NCBI GenBank assembly: GCA_035574985.1
Contig: DATLYG010000045.1
Location: forward strand, 1-42,056
DNA from: Thermoanaerobaculia bacterium
GTDB taxonomy: Bacteria; Acidobacteriota; Thermoanaerobaculia; Gp7-AA8
DNA: 42,056 nt
Reading direction: 5' to 3'
Made by a program: the position numbers and the translations under genes. Below, in pieces: positions 8,650 through 16,704 of this stretch. The notes beneath the pieces are model-generated. The model made no database searches. It saw only the letters and a list, made by a program, of their open reading frames with translations, and was not told where the DNA came from. The stretch's first letter is position 1, and each line of letters starts with the position of its first letter.

Positions 8650-10736
8650 CAGTTCAACTGGTAGCCGAATGTCCTGCTTTGCGCATCGAAGCTGACGATC
8701 AGCTTGTGCGCACTCCCCGGGCCGAAGTTTCTCGGCAGCACCTTGTGCTCGCTGATCTTCTGCGCGGGCACCACGACCCAGATCTGCAGGTCGGTATTGG
8801 ACGGCTCGATTTCGGAGGTGACGTTGACCACACGGGGACTCTTGCGCCGGATGAAACGCCCCTTCTCCTCCCAGAGGTTCTCGTGCGCAACGACCTGTGC
8901 TCCCGCCTTGACCATGATGTAGCCGTCGGAGAAGGGACTCTCGAAGTAGGTGGTGATCTGCGCGGGCCTGGCCGGCACCGCGGAGGAGGCGGCCGGCGGC
9001 GGGCGGGAGACAACTCTTCTGGGCGGCGGCTTCACGGCCGGCTTCGCCGCCGTCGCAGATGCCGTCGGCGTGCTCGCGGCGGGACGGCGGGCGAGCGCCA
9101 TCTGCTCTTCCTGCTGCGCCGCTTTCAGATAGTTCGCTGCGTCGTCCGAGTTCGGATTGAGGTGGAACGCCTCCTCGAGCAGGATGATCGCCTCGGCATA
9201 CTTCTTCTCCTGCAATCGGGCGATCCCTTCCTGAAGCTTCTGATCGGCGAGCGCGAGCTGCTGCCGGGTGATCTCGATCTTCTGCTGCTCGCGATGCAGC
9301 GCGGCGTCGAGCCTCGCCATCACGGAGGCGACATAGGGCGACTTCGGCGCGAGCGCCCGCAGCTCGGAGAATTTCGCGTGGGCCTCGCGCACGCGGCCCT
9401 GCCGGAGCAGTTCGTTCCCTTCGGCGCGAAGCTGCTTTTCCCGCGCGCGCCGCGCTTCCACCGCCTCGTCGACGGCGGGAATGTCGGGATGCCGGCTCTG
9501 GATCACGATCACCGCCGCGATCAGCGTCAGCACGAGCGCGCCGACGATCGAAAGGAAGACCGGCGGCGCGACCGGCATCTTCCAGACGGGATAGGCGCGG
9601 ACGTTCGAGAGCGTCTTCCTGAGCTGCTGGCGGATGGGCGGCCGCTTCGGTTTCGCCGGAGCGACCCCCGCTTCGGCCACAGCGGGCTCGCCAGGGGGGA
9701 GATCGAAGGGAGCCGCAACCATCTCCGCACTTCCGGCGACCGCGGCAACCGCCGGAATCGTCACCAGCGGCCGCGGCTTCGTCTGCAGCGGATCGGGCGT
9801 CGGGTCGAGTTCGATCGCTTCCGGGAACGGCACCTCCACCGTCGGGATCTTGTCGTGTCCGCGGGTGACGATCGTCTCTTCGGCAACCACCGGATCGGTG
9901 GGGGTGCGCTCGCCGCGCGCAGCGGCGCGCAGCGCGTTCGCCAGATCGCGTCCGCGCTGGAACCGGCGCGACGGCTCCTTGGCCAGACAGCGCGCGATGA
10001 CGTCCTCGTACGGCTCCGGAATCTGCGGATTGATCTCCCGCAGCGGAACGAACGGCTCGTGCACGATCTTGTAGGAGATCGAGGTCAGCGAGTCGCCGCC
10101 GAACGGCTTGCGGCGCGTCAGGCACTCGTAGAGACAGATGCCGAGCGAGAAGATGTCGGTGCGGCCGTCCACCGGAGCCCCTTTGATCTGCTCCGGCGCC
10201 ATGTAGTTCGGCGTGCCGAGGAATTGCCCCGTCGTGGTCAGGTTCGCCGCACCGCTGGCGATCTTGGCGATGCCGAAGTCGGTGATCTTGGCGCGATTCC
10301 CCTCCACCAGAATGATGTTCGCCGGCTTGACGTCGCGGTGGACGATCCCCTTCGCGTGCGCGAAGTCGAGCGCCTCGGCCACCTGCGCGATCACCTCCGC
10401 CGCCTGCTCGAACGAAAGGGGACGCCCCTGCGCGAGGACCTCCTTGAGGTTGTAGCCCTCGACGTACTCCATGGCAATGAACGACGTGCCGGTGGCTTCG
10501 TCCTGCCCGATGTCGTGGACCGTGACGATCGACGGGTGGTTGAGGATTCCCGCCGCCTGCGCCTCGCGGATGAACCGCTGCTGAAACTCCTTCGCCTCCT
10601 CTTCGTCGGCGTGAGCGGCCACGCGGATCGTCTTCAGCGCCACCAGGCGGCCAATGAGAGGGTCCTTGGCCAGGTAGACGATCCCCATCGCCCCTTTGCC
10701 AAGCTCTCGGACGACTTCGTAGCGCCCGAGCTTCAA
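8649..10736 (-). CDS. membrane Ser/Thr protein kinase with extracytoplasmic TPR-like region and unknown C-terminal domain
   Basis: GKGAMGIVYLAKD, VALK, HRDVKPANIIL, DFGIAK and GTPNYMAPEQ motifs. One TM helix (FLSIVGALVLTLIAAVIVI). Helical TPR-like repeats, a Pro/Ala-rich linker, then an unassigned C-terminal domain of about 110 aa. TTG start with GGAGG 9 nt upstream. Confidence 0.9.
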   Translation of the reverse strand: MKLGRYEVVRELGKGAMGIVYLAKDPLIGRLVALKTIRVAAHADEEEAKEFQQRFIREAQAAGILNHPSIVTVHDIGQDEATGTSFIAMEYVEGYNLKEVLAQGRPLSFEQAAEVIAQVAEALDFAHAKGIVHRDVKPANIILVEGNRAKITDFGIAKIASGAANLTTTGQFLGTPNYMAPEQIKGAPVDGRTDIFSLGICLYECLTRRKPFGGDSLTSISYKIVHEPFVPLREINPQIPEPYEDVIARCLAKEPSRRFQRGRDLANALRAAARGERTPTDPVVAEETIVTRGHDKIPTVEVPFPEAIELDPTPDPLQTKPRPLVTIPAVAAVAGSAEMVAAPFDLPPGEPAVAEAGVAPAKPKRPPIRQQLRKTLSNVRAYPVWKMPVAPPVFLSIVGALVLTLIAAVIVIQSRHPDIPAVDEAVEARRAREKQLRAEGNELLRQGRVREAHAKFSELRALAPKSPYVASVMARLDAALHREQQKIEITRQQLALADQKLQEGIARLQEKKYAEAIILLEEAFHLNPNSDDAANYLKAAQQEEQMALARRPAASTPTASATAAKPAVKPPPRRVVSRPPPAASSAVPARPAQITTYFESPFSDGYIMVKAGAQVVAHENLWEEKGRFIRRKSPRVVNVTSEIEPSNTDLQIWVVVPAQKISEHKVLPRNFGPGSAHKLIVSFDAQSRTFGYQLN

Positions 10737-10968
10737 GTGGGTAGCCTCCTGACCAACGCGGCATCCATGATAGCGCGGGCGTCGGCCGCCAGCCGCCGGC
10801 CTGCAGCCCGCCGGCCGCCAGGCGAGCTGATGGCTGAAGCCGGCGACGCCGGGACCCGGCGGTTGACGGCGACCACGCTGACGACCCGACCGCCGGCGGC
10901 TGACGGCCGGCGGCCCCTTTTCATTTATGATCCGCGATGCTTCTGAAAACCCACATGAGGTTTCATCT

Positions 10969-13062
10969 ATGAAGGTCTACTCCGGCTCCGAAATCCGCAA
11001 CGTCGCTCTCGCGGGGCACAACGACACGGGAAAAACGACGCTCGTCTCGCAACTCCTCTTCAACGCCGGCGCAACGACGCGGCTCGGGCGCATCGACGAC
11101 GGGACGACCACGACCGACTTCGACCCTGACGAGATCGAGAGAAAGCACTCCATCTCGGCCGCCGTCGCCTTCGCCGAGTGGAAGAACACGAAGATCAATC
11201 TCCTCGACACGCCCGGCTTCGGGATCTTCCTGATGGAGGCGAAGGCGGCGATGCGCGTCGCGGACGCGGCTGCGATCGTCGTCAGCGGCGTGACCGGCGT
11301 GGAGGTGACGACCGAGAAAGTGTGGAAGTTTGCCGAGGAGTTCGCGCTCCCGCGCGTGGTGATCGTCAACAAGATGGACCGCGACCGCGCGTCGTTTCAG
11401 CGGACGCTCGAGGCCCTGCAGAAGAAGTTCGGCAAGCAGGTCGTCCCCATCCAGATCCCGATGGGAGAGGAGAAGGACTTCCGCGGCGTGATCGATCTCG
11501 TCTCGATGAAGGCCTGGACGTACGCGACCGACGAGTCGGGGAAGTTCGAACTCACCGACATTCCCGCCGACTCCAGGGCCGAGGCGGAGACGTGGCGCGA
11601 GCGCCTCATCGAGAAGGTGGCCGAGGGCGACGATACGCTGATGGAGCGGTTCTTCGAGCAGGGGGGGCTTTCGCAGGAAGAACTGCTCGACGGTCTGAAG
11701 CGGGAAGTGATGCACCATCAGATTCATCCGGTTCTCTTCGCTTCGGCCTCGCACAACATCGCCGGCCATCCGATCCTCGACGCCTTCGTCTCGCTCCTTC
11801 CCTCGGCCGACGAGGCGAAGACCATCGCGGGAACGGGGCGGAACGGGGAGGCCGTCGAGTTCGAACGGCGCGCCGAGGCATTCCCGGCCGCACTCGTGTT
11901 CAAGACCTTCTCTGACCCGTTCTCGGGACGGGTGTCGCTGTTCCGCGTCTTCTCCGGCACGTTCAAGTCGGACACCACCTGCTGGAACACGACGCGCGAT
12001 CACGAAGAGCGGCTGGGAAAACTGCAGGTGCTGCAGGGGAAGCAGCAGATCCCGGTTGGCGAGCTGCGCGCGGGCGACATCGGCGCGGTGGCGAAGCTGA
12101 AGGACACGCGCACCGGTGACACGCTGGCCGCGAAGGAGCATCCGATCGTCATCAGGCACATCGACTACCCGGAGGCGGCGATCGCCTTTGCCGTCGAGCC
12201 GAAAGCGCGCGGCGACGAGGACAAGCTCGGTGCCGCGATCGCGCGCATCATCGAAGAGGACCCGACCATCCGCTTCCATCGCGACGAGCAGACCAAGGAG
12301 TTCCTCATCAGCGGCCAGGGCCAGCTCCACGTGGAGATCATCGTCGCCAAGCTCAAGAAGAAGTACGGTGTCGACGTCATTCTCCATCCGCCCAAGGTCC
12401 CCTATCGCGAGACCATCACCAAGGCCGCCGACGCGCACGGACGTCACAAGAAGCAGTCGGGCGGCCACGGCCAGTTCGCCGACTGCAAGATCCGGATGGA
12501 ACCGCTTCCGCGCGGCGCCGACTTCGAGTTCGTCGACGAGATCTTCGGCGGTGCGATCCCGCGCCAGTACATCCCCGCCGTCGAGAAGGGCATCCAGGAG
12601 GCGCGGATGAAGGGATTTCTCGCCGGTTATCCGGTCGTCGACTTCCGCGTACGTCTCCTCGACGGGCAGTACCACGACGTCGACTCTTCGGAACTGGCCT
12701 TCAAGATCGCCGGCTCGCTCGCCTTCCAGCAGGGGATGGAACAGGCGAGACCGACGCTCCTCGAACCGATCATGAAGGTCGACATCACGATCCCCTCCGA
12801 GTACGTCGGCGACATCATGGGCGATCTGAATTCGCGCCGCGGACGCGTCGAAGGTGTCGACGCCGACGAGGACATGCAGACCGTCCACGCCCGCGTGCCG
12901 CTCGCCGAGATGCTCACTTACGGATCGACTCTCCGTTCCATCACGCAGGGCCGCGGCTCCTTCCACATGGAGTACTCGCACTACGAGGAAGTGCCGAAGA
13001 ACCTTCAGGAGAAGATCATCGCCGAGTCGAAGAAGCAGCAGCAGGCCCAGGCGGCGCACTGA
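10969..13062 (+). CDS. elongation factor G paralogue (EF-G-like translational GTPase)
   Basis: AGHNDTGKTTL (G1), DTPGFGIF (G3) and NKMD (G4). Domains III-V are recognisable (…HKKQSGGHGQFADC…, …LLEPIMKVDITIPSEYVGDIMGDLNSRRGRV…). ATG 10969 is preceded by GAGG. It is not in a str operon. Confidence 0.85.
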   Translation: MKVYSGSEIRNVALAGHNDTGKTTLVSQLLFNAGATTRLGRIDDGTTTTDFDPDEIERKHSISAAVAFAEWKNTKINLLDTPGFGIFLMEAKAAMRVADAAAIVVSGVTGVEVTTEKVWKFAEEFALPRVVIVNKMDRDRASFQRTLEALQKKFGKQVVPIQIPMGEEKDFRGVIDLVSMKAWTYATDESGKFELTDIPADSRAEAETWRERLIEKVAEGDDTLMERFFEQGGLSQEELLDGLKREVMHHQIHPVLFASASHNIAGHPILDAFVSLLPSADEAKTIAGTGRNGEAVEFERRAEAFPAALVFKTFSDPFSGRVSLFRVFSGTFKSDTTCWNTTRDHEERLGKLQVLQGKQQIPVGELRAGDIGAVAKLKDTRTGDTLAAKEHPIVIRHIDYPEAAIAFAVEPKARGDEDKLGAAIARIIEEDPTIRFHRDEQTKEFLISGQGQLHVEIIVAKLKKKYGVDVILHPPKVPYRETITKAADAHGRHKKQSGGHGQFADCKIRMEPLPRGADFEFVDEIFGGAIPRQYIPAVEKGIQEARMKGFLAGYPVVDFRVRLLDGQYHDVDSSELAFKIAGSLAFQQGMEQARPTLLEPIMKVDITIPSEYVGDIMGDLNSRRGRVEGVDADEDMQTVHARVPLAEMLTYGSTLRSITQGRGSFHMEYSHYEEVPKNLQEKIIAESKKQQQAQAAH

Positions 13063-13104
13063 TCGGGAGCGCAGGCCCGGCGTCGCGCTCGCTCGCCCCG
13101 GCGC

Positions 13105-13701
13105 CTATTCTTTTTGCAGCTTCGCCTCGATCCGAGCGACTTCGATGGTCGCGGAGTCGGTGGCGGTCACCACGTAGCGCTGCTCCCGGTAACCGGGGGC
13201 CGAGATGCGGATCGTGTAGCTCCCGGGAGCGGGGAAGTCGTACTCCTCGTCGGGCGAGTCGAGTTGGTTCGCCGGCCCGACCACGACGCCGTTGACCGAC
13301 ACCACCGCATCCGCCGGCTCGGCCCGCACCGTCATCCCGCGCCGCGCCCAGATGCGCACCACGGCGGAGGTGCCCGCTGTGTCTCCCGACACGATCGCGC
13401 GCGAAGGTCCCGTCACCGGTGCCGCCGCAGCGGGCGTGGTGTCGCCGGCCTCGCCGGGCAGAATCAGCGACGCGCCCGGTTGCGGCTCGCCCGGCGGCGC
13501 GGGCGATGCGGGCCGTGGCGCAGCGTCGCGCTTCGGCACGAGTGCCGGGAACCGCGACGTCCCGCGATAGCGCAGCCCCGTGTATACCGCGAGGGAGGCG
13601 AGCGTCACCAGCACCACGCCGATGAGAACCGGAACCCAGCGCGGCAGCAGCGCCTGCTCCGGCTCGTCCTCGCCTGTTTCCCGCTCGGCTTCCGGTGTCA
13701 T
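13105..13701 (-). CDS. PEGA-domain membrane protein
   Basis: N-terminal TM helix (WVPVLIGVVLVTLASLAVY), a Pro-rich linker, and C-terminal …VRAEPADAVVSVNGVVVG…GSYTIRISAPGY (PEGA-like). Its ATG overlaps the upstream TGA (ATGA). Confidence 0.6.
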   Translation of the reverse strand: MTPEAERETGEDEPEQALLPRWVPVLIGVVLVTLASLAVYTGLRYRGTSRFPALVPKRDAAPRPASPAPPGEPQPGASLILPGEAGDTTPAAAAPVTGPSRAIVSGDTAGTSAVVRIWARRGMTVRAEPADAVVSVNGVVVGPANQLDSPDEEYDFPAPGSYTIRISAPGYREQRYVVTATDSATIEVARIEAKLQKE

Positions 13702-14117
13702 GATTCCGGCTCCGCCTCCGCGCTCTCCTCGATTGCCGCCGGCCCCTCGTCGGTCACGACCGTCTCGGTGTCGTCATCGAGTTTCTCGTACTCCGCCGCG
13801 CGCTTGCGCAGAAGCTCGAGCGCGCGTTGTTCGTCGCTCGATCCGACGTAGATCCGGATGTCGCCCATCATGCCGAAGTTGATCGGCTCCATCGAGAACT
13901 TCACGTTTTCGATCTGCGCCGGAATTCCCTCGGCCTCGAGAAAACCCTGCAGCAGTTTCGCCTCGTCCTCGGTTCCCGTGCTGGCGATCTCGACCCATGT
14001 GTCGCCGGCGGCGGGAACGGTTTGAAACGGCAGCTCGTCGACGGGTGCCACCCGGTGCTCCGGGCACTCGGCGACTCCTTCCTCCAGGGCGGTTCGGCAG
14101 ATGGGGCAGTAAGGCAT
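13698..14117 (-). CDS. zinc-ribbon plus DUF2007-like (putative signal-transducing) protein
   Basis: MPYCPICRTALEEGVAECPEH (CxxC…C.xH), then WVEIASTGTEDEAKLLQGFLEAEGIPAQIEN, typical of DUF2007. AAGGAG lies 7 nt upstream of ATG 14117. Confidence 0.55.
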   Translation of the reverse strand: MPYCPICRTALEEGVAECPEHRVAPVDELPFQTVPAAGDTWVEIASTGTEDEAKLLQGFLEAEGIPAQIENVKFSMEPINFGMMGDIRIYVGSSDEQRALELLRKRAAEYEKLDDDTETVVTDEGPAAIEESAEAEPES

Positions 14118-14128
14118 CGATGACTCCT

Positions 14129-15202
14129 TTACGCGACCAGAGCGACGATTCCGCGCTCTTCGGTCACCCGGCCAACCTTTGCATGGAACAGGCCGCCTTC
14201 GCGGAACTTCGCCTCGAACTGCGGGGCCCTGTCGGGCGCGACGGCGATGAGCAGGCCGCCGCTGGTCTGTGCGTCGCACATCAGAGTGAGGTCCCGCTCC
14301 GAGAGCGTGTTGCGCACCCGGCGCCGGAACGTCTCGACATTGCGCCGCGTCCCCGCGGGGCAGTAGCCCCGCTCGAGATACTCGCGGGCGCCAGCGAGAA
14401 GCGGCACGCTTCCGACGGAAATTTCGGCTCCCGCTCCGGAGCCGTCGCAGATCTCCAGCAGATGGCCGACCAGCCCGTAGCCGGTGACGTCGGTGGCGGC
14501 ATCCACGCCGACCGCCGTCATCGCCCGCGCAGCGTCGCGATTGAGCATCGTCATCCAGCGGATCGCCTCGTCGAGCGAAGGAGGCTCGGCCCGCCGGAGC
14601 AGTTTCCTCCCGCTCAGCGCGCGATGCGCGCAGACGAGGATCCCGTTGCCGACCGGCTTGGTCAGGTAGAGGACATCGCCCGGCCGCGCGGTCGAGTTGC
14701 GCACGAGTTTCGCCACGCTGACGATCCCGGTGACGGCGAGCCCGTACTTCGGAACGTCGTCGATGATGGTGTGTCCGCCTGCAACGGGGAACCCTGCTTC
14801 GGCCGCCTTCTCGGCACCGCCGCGGAGGATTTCGTGCAGGACTTCGAGCGGGAGCCTGCCGGTCGGGAACGCCGCGATGGCGAGGCCGAGGATCGGCTCG
14901 GCACCCATCGCGTAGATGTCGGACACGGAGTTCGCCGCGGCGATGGCGCCGAACACGTACGGATCGTCGACGATCGGCGTGAAGAAGTCGACCGTCTGCG
15001 CGATCGCCTGATCGCCGCTCAGACGGAGCACGGCCGCGTCGTCGCTGGTCGCGTGACCGACGAGAAGATTTCCGCTCCCCTCCGGCAGAGGGAGTCTGGC
15101 GAGCACCGAGCGCAGGTCATCCTGACCCAGCTTGCACGCTCAACCGCCCGTCGTGGCGAACGACGAGAGCGGCGGATACGACGTCTTCAGCCTGTGCTGC
15201 AC
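14129..15202 (-). CDS. selD: selenide, water dikinase (selenophosphate synthetase), selenocysteine-containing
   Basis: The body matches SelD/AIR-synthase-like motifs (…SDDAAV…DFFTPIVDDPY.FG.IAAANS.SDIYAMG…). Extending the frame upstream gives VQHRLKTSYPPLSSFATTGG-U-ACKLGQDDLRSVL, with TGA at the E. coli Cys17 position of G-C-G-C-K. The next upstream stop is TAA at 15212. The GTG 15202 start is tentative. Confidence 0.85.
15113..15129 (-). promoter_or_regulatory. candidate SECIS-like hairpin downstream of the selD UGA
   Basis: mRNA GGUCA-GGA-UGACC (5 bp plus 2 G.U pairs) with its loop 18-20 nt after the UGA. A second hairpin, CUCCCUC-UGCCG-GAGGGGAG, lies at 15075..15094. No covariation evidence is available. 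Confidence 0.25.
15140..15142 (-). other. in-frame UGA, predicted selenocysteine codon of selD
   Basis: The minus-strand codon is TGA, embedded in GG-U-A-C-K. This corresponds to the catalytic Cys/Sec of SelD. Confidence 0.75.
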
Positions 15203-15211
15203 AGAGCGATC

Positions 15212-15484
15212 TTACGACGGTTCCTCGCCGAGGACCGCCGCGCGCGCATGTTCGCAGGCGGCGAGGATCTCCTGATAGAGGTGAAAGGCGAACTCGGGCG
15301 GGAAGGGGGTGGTGGAACCGGCGCTGACGATCTGCGCGATGCGGGACGCATAGTGCGACGCCGGCGGAAGTCTCTCTCCGGAATGAAGGATGTCACGAAA
15401 GCCGGAAGTCAGTTCTTCCTCCAACCGGTGGCGGAAGATTCCGCTCGCCACGTCGTTCTCCAGCGTGTAATAGTCGACGTTCAT
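15212..15484 (-). CDS. hypothetical protein (90 aa)
   Basis: MNVDYYTLENDVASGIF… Its ATG overlaps the TGA of the upstream peptidase gene (ATGA). Its TAA lies 9 nt before the selD GTG. No recognisable motif. Confidence 0.5.
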   Translation of the reverse strand: MNVDYYTLENDVASGIFRHRLEEELTSGFRDILHSGERLPPASHYASRIAQIVSAGSTTPFPPEFAFHLYQEILAACEHARAAVLGEEPS

Positions 15485-16629
15485 CGGACGAAGCCCGCGA
15501 TCAGCGTGCGGTCGGCGCCCCACGCGGCGCGCACCTTCGTTCCCTGCCGGACGAGGCGAACACGCGGGGCACGCTCGGAGAGAAAGGCCTCGAACTTTCC
15601 GGCGAACGCGGCGGCGTCGGCCTCCGAGTCCCACTCGGCCGTCACCAGCACCGTCGGTTCGCAGGCCGCGTTCTGCACGATGGTCACCTCGTCGGAGCGC
15701 CACCCGCTCGTGTCGCCGAGGAGAAAGTCCCAGTGGAACTCGCCGAGACGAATCGCCGCCAGGCGGGATCGCGCCGCGGCCGGCTGGCGGAACGGAAGGG
15801 CGGGGGGACTGCCGCTCTCGACGCGCCGGAAGTATTCGTCGAGATGGAGCACCTCGCGCGTCGAGCGGGGAGGATCGGCGTGGAGCGCACCGACCGCTTT
15901 CCATCCGCCGCGCTTGTAGGCCTCGACCACCAGCGTGAGCCCGGCGAGGTAGGGGAACTTCAGCGATTCGACGAAGTACGAAGGGGCCGACGGGTCGATC
16001 GCACCCGCCGCACCGGCCGCTTCGAGAAGCTTCCCGGTGAAGAGTTCCGTCCTCACCACCTCGTCGAGCGATGCGCCGAAGCTCTCCACCAGCGCGGCCA
16101 TCATCACCAGCGTCGCCTCCCCTTCGATCACCGCGTGGTAGGCCAGGCTCGCGTCCCAGTCGTCGCGGAGGGCGAGGTCGCGGCGGCCGATGTCGAAGTG
16201 CTGGTCCTGCAGGGCGTGCGTCAGCTCGTGGATGGCGATCATCGACGCCGGCACCATCGACGGGAAGTTCTCCGGCGTCTCGTCGACCGCGTAGTAGACG
16301 TGCCCGTGCGGGTCGTACCAGGCGAGGACCTGCTGCTCGAGGAGCGAGAAGAGCTTCGCTTCGAGCGCCTCGTTTTCGCCGTCGACCAGATGGAGCGAGC
16401 GGAGGACGAGGAAGTAGTCGTCGAGCGAATACGGCATCGTCTTCCCGATCTGCGCCCGCAACCTCTCGGTGATTTCCGCGCGGCCGACCGTGACGGTCCG
16501 GACCTCGTGACGGAACCCGAGCCCGCGGATCTTCTCGACCTTCGCGATTTCCTCGGCGAGGTTCGAGGCGGCCGCCGGGGTCGCGGCGACCAGCAGCAGA
16601 AGGGAGAGCGCAGGCAGGAATCTCCGCAC
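15481..16629 (-). CDS. secreted HExxH zinc-metallopeptidase-like protein
   Basis: Signal peptide MRRFLPALSLLLLVAATPAAAS. HExxH in MIAIHELTHALQDQHF, with a downstream EGEAT. GTG start. Confidence 0.6.
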   Translation of the reverse strand: MRRFLPALSLLLLVAATPAAASNLAEEIAKVEKIRGLGFRHEVRTVTVGRAEITERLRAQIGKTMPYSLDDYFLVLRSLHLVDGENEALEAKLFSLLEQQVLAWYDPHGHVYYAVDETPENFPSMVPASMIAIHELTHALQDQHFDIGRRDLALRDDWDASLAYHAVIEGEATLVMMAALVESFGASLDEVVRTELFTGKLLEAAGAAGAIDPSAPSYFVESLKFPYLAGLTLVVEAYKRGGWKAVGALHADPPRSTREVLHLDEYFRRVESGSPPALPFRQPAAARSRLAAIRLGEFHWDFLLGDTSGWRSDEVTIVQNAACEPTVLVTAEWDSEADAAAFAGKFEAFLSERAPRVRLVRQGTKVRAAWGADRTLIAGFVR

Positions 16630-16704
16630 GGGGGCGTCAACCGGCGCCCCCGATGCCCAATTCCGGCCACTTCCGTCTTCTGACTTCCTCTTCTACCCTG
16701 TAGA

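Noticed and set aside
7741-10764. A 1007-aa minus-strand ORF spanning the TldD-like gene and the kinase region
   Set aside because: Only the last 302 codons (from MRYALAM at 8649) look like protein. The upstream ~700 codons are an Arg/Gly/Ala-rich alternative frame of the kinase gene. The kinase frame carries all the catalytic motifs.
8568-10946. A 792-aa plus-strand ORF opposite the Ser/Thr kinase gene
   Set aside because: It is an antisense shadow of a well-supported kinase gene. Its composition is Arg/Gly/Asp-rich and it has no motifs.
10963-13059. A 698-aa minus-strand ORF opposite the EF-G paralogue
   Set aside because: It is an antisense shadow ORF, whereas EF-G motifs are unambiguous on the plus strand.
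14129-15106. selD as given in the ORF track (325 aa, GTG start)
   Set aside because: This version lacks the catalytic N-terminal loop. The same frame continues upstream through one TGA that aligns with the Cys/Sec position. It was replaced by 14129..15202 with UGA read as Sec.
13997-15919. A 640-aa plus-strand ORF across selD and its neighbours
   Set aside because: It is antisense to three well-supported minus-strand genes. Its composition is low-complexity and Arg-rich.
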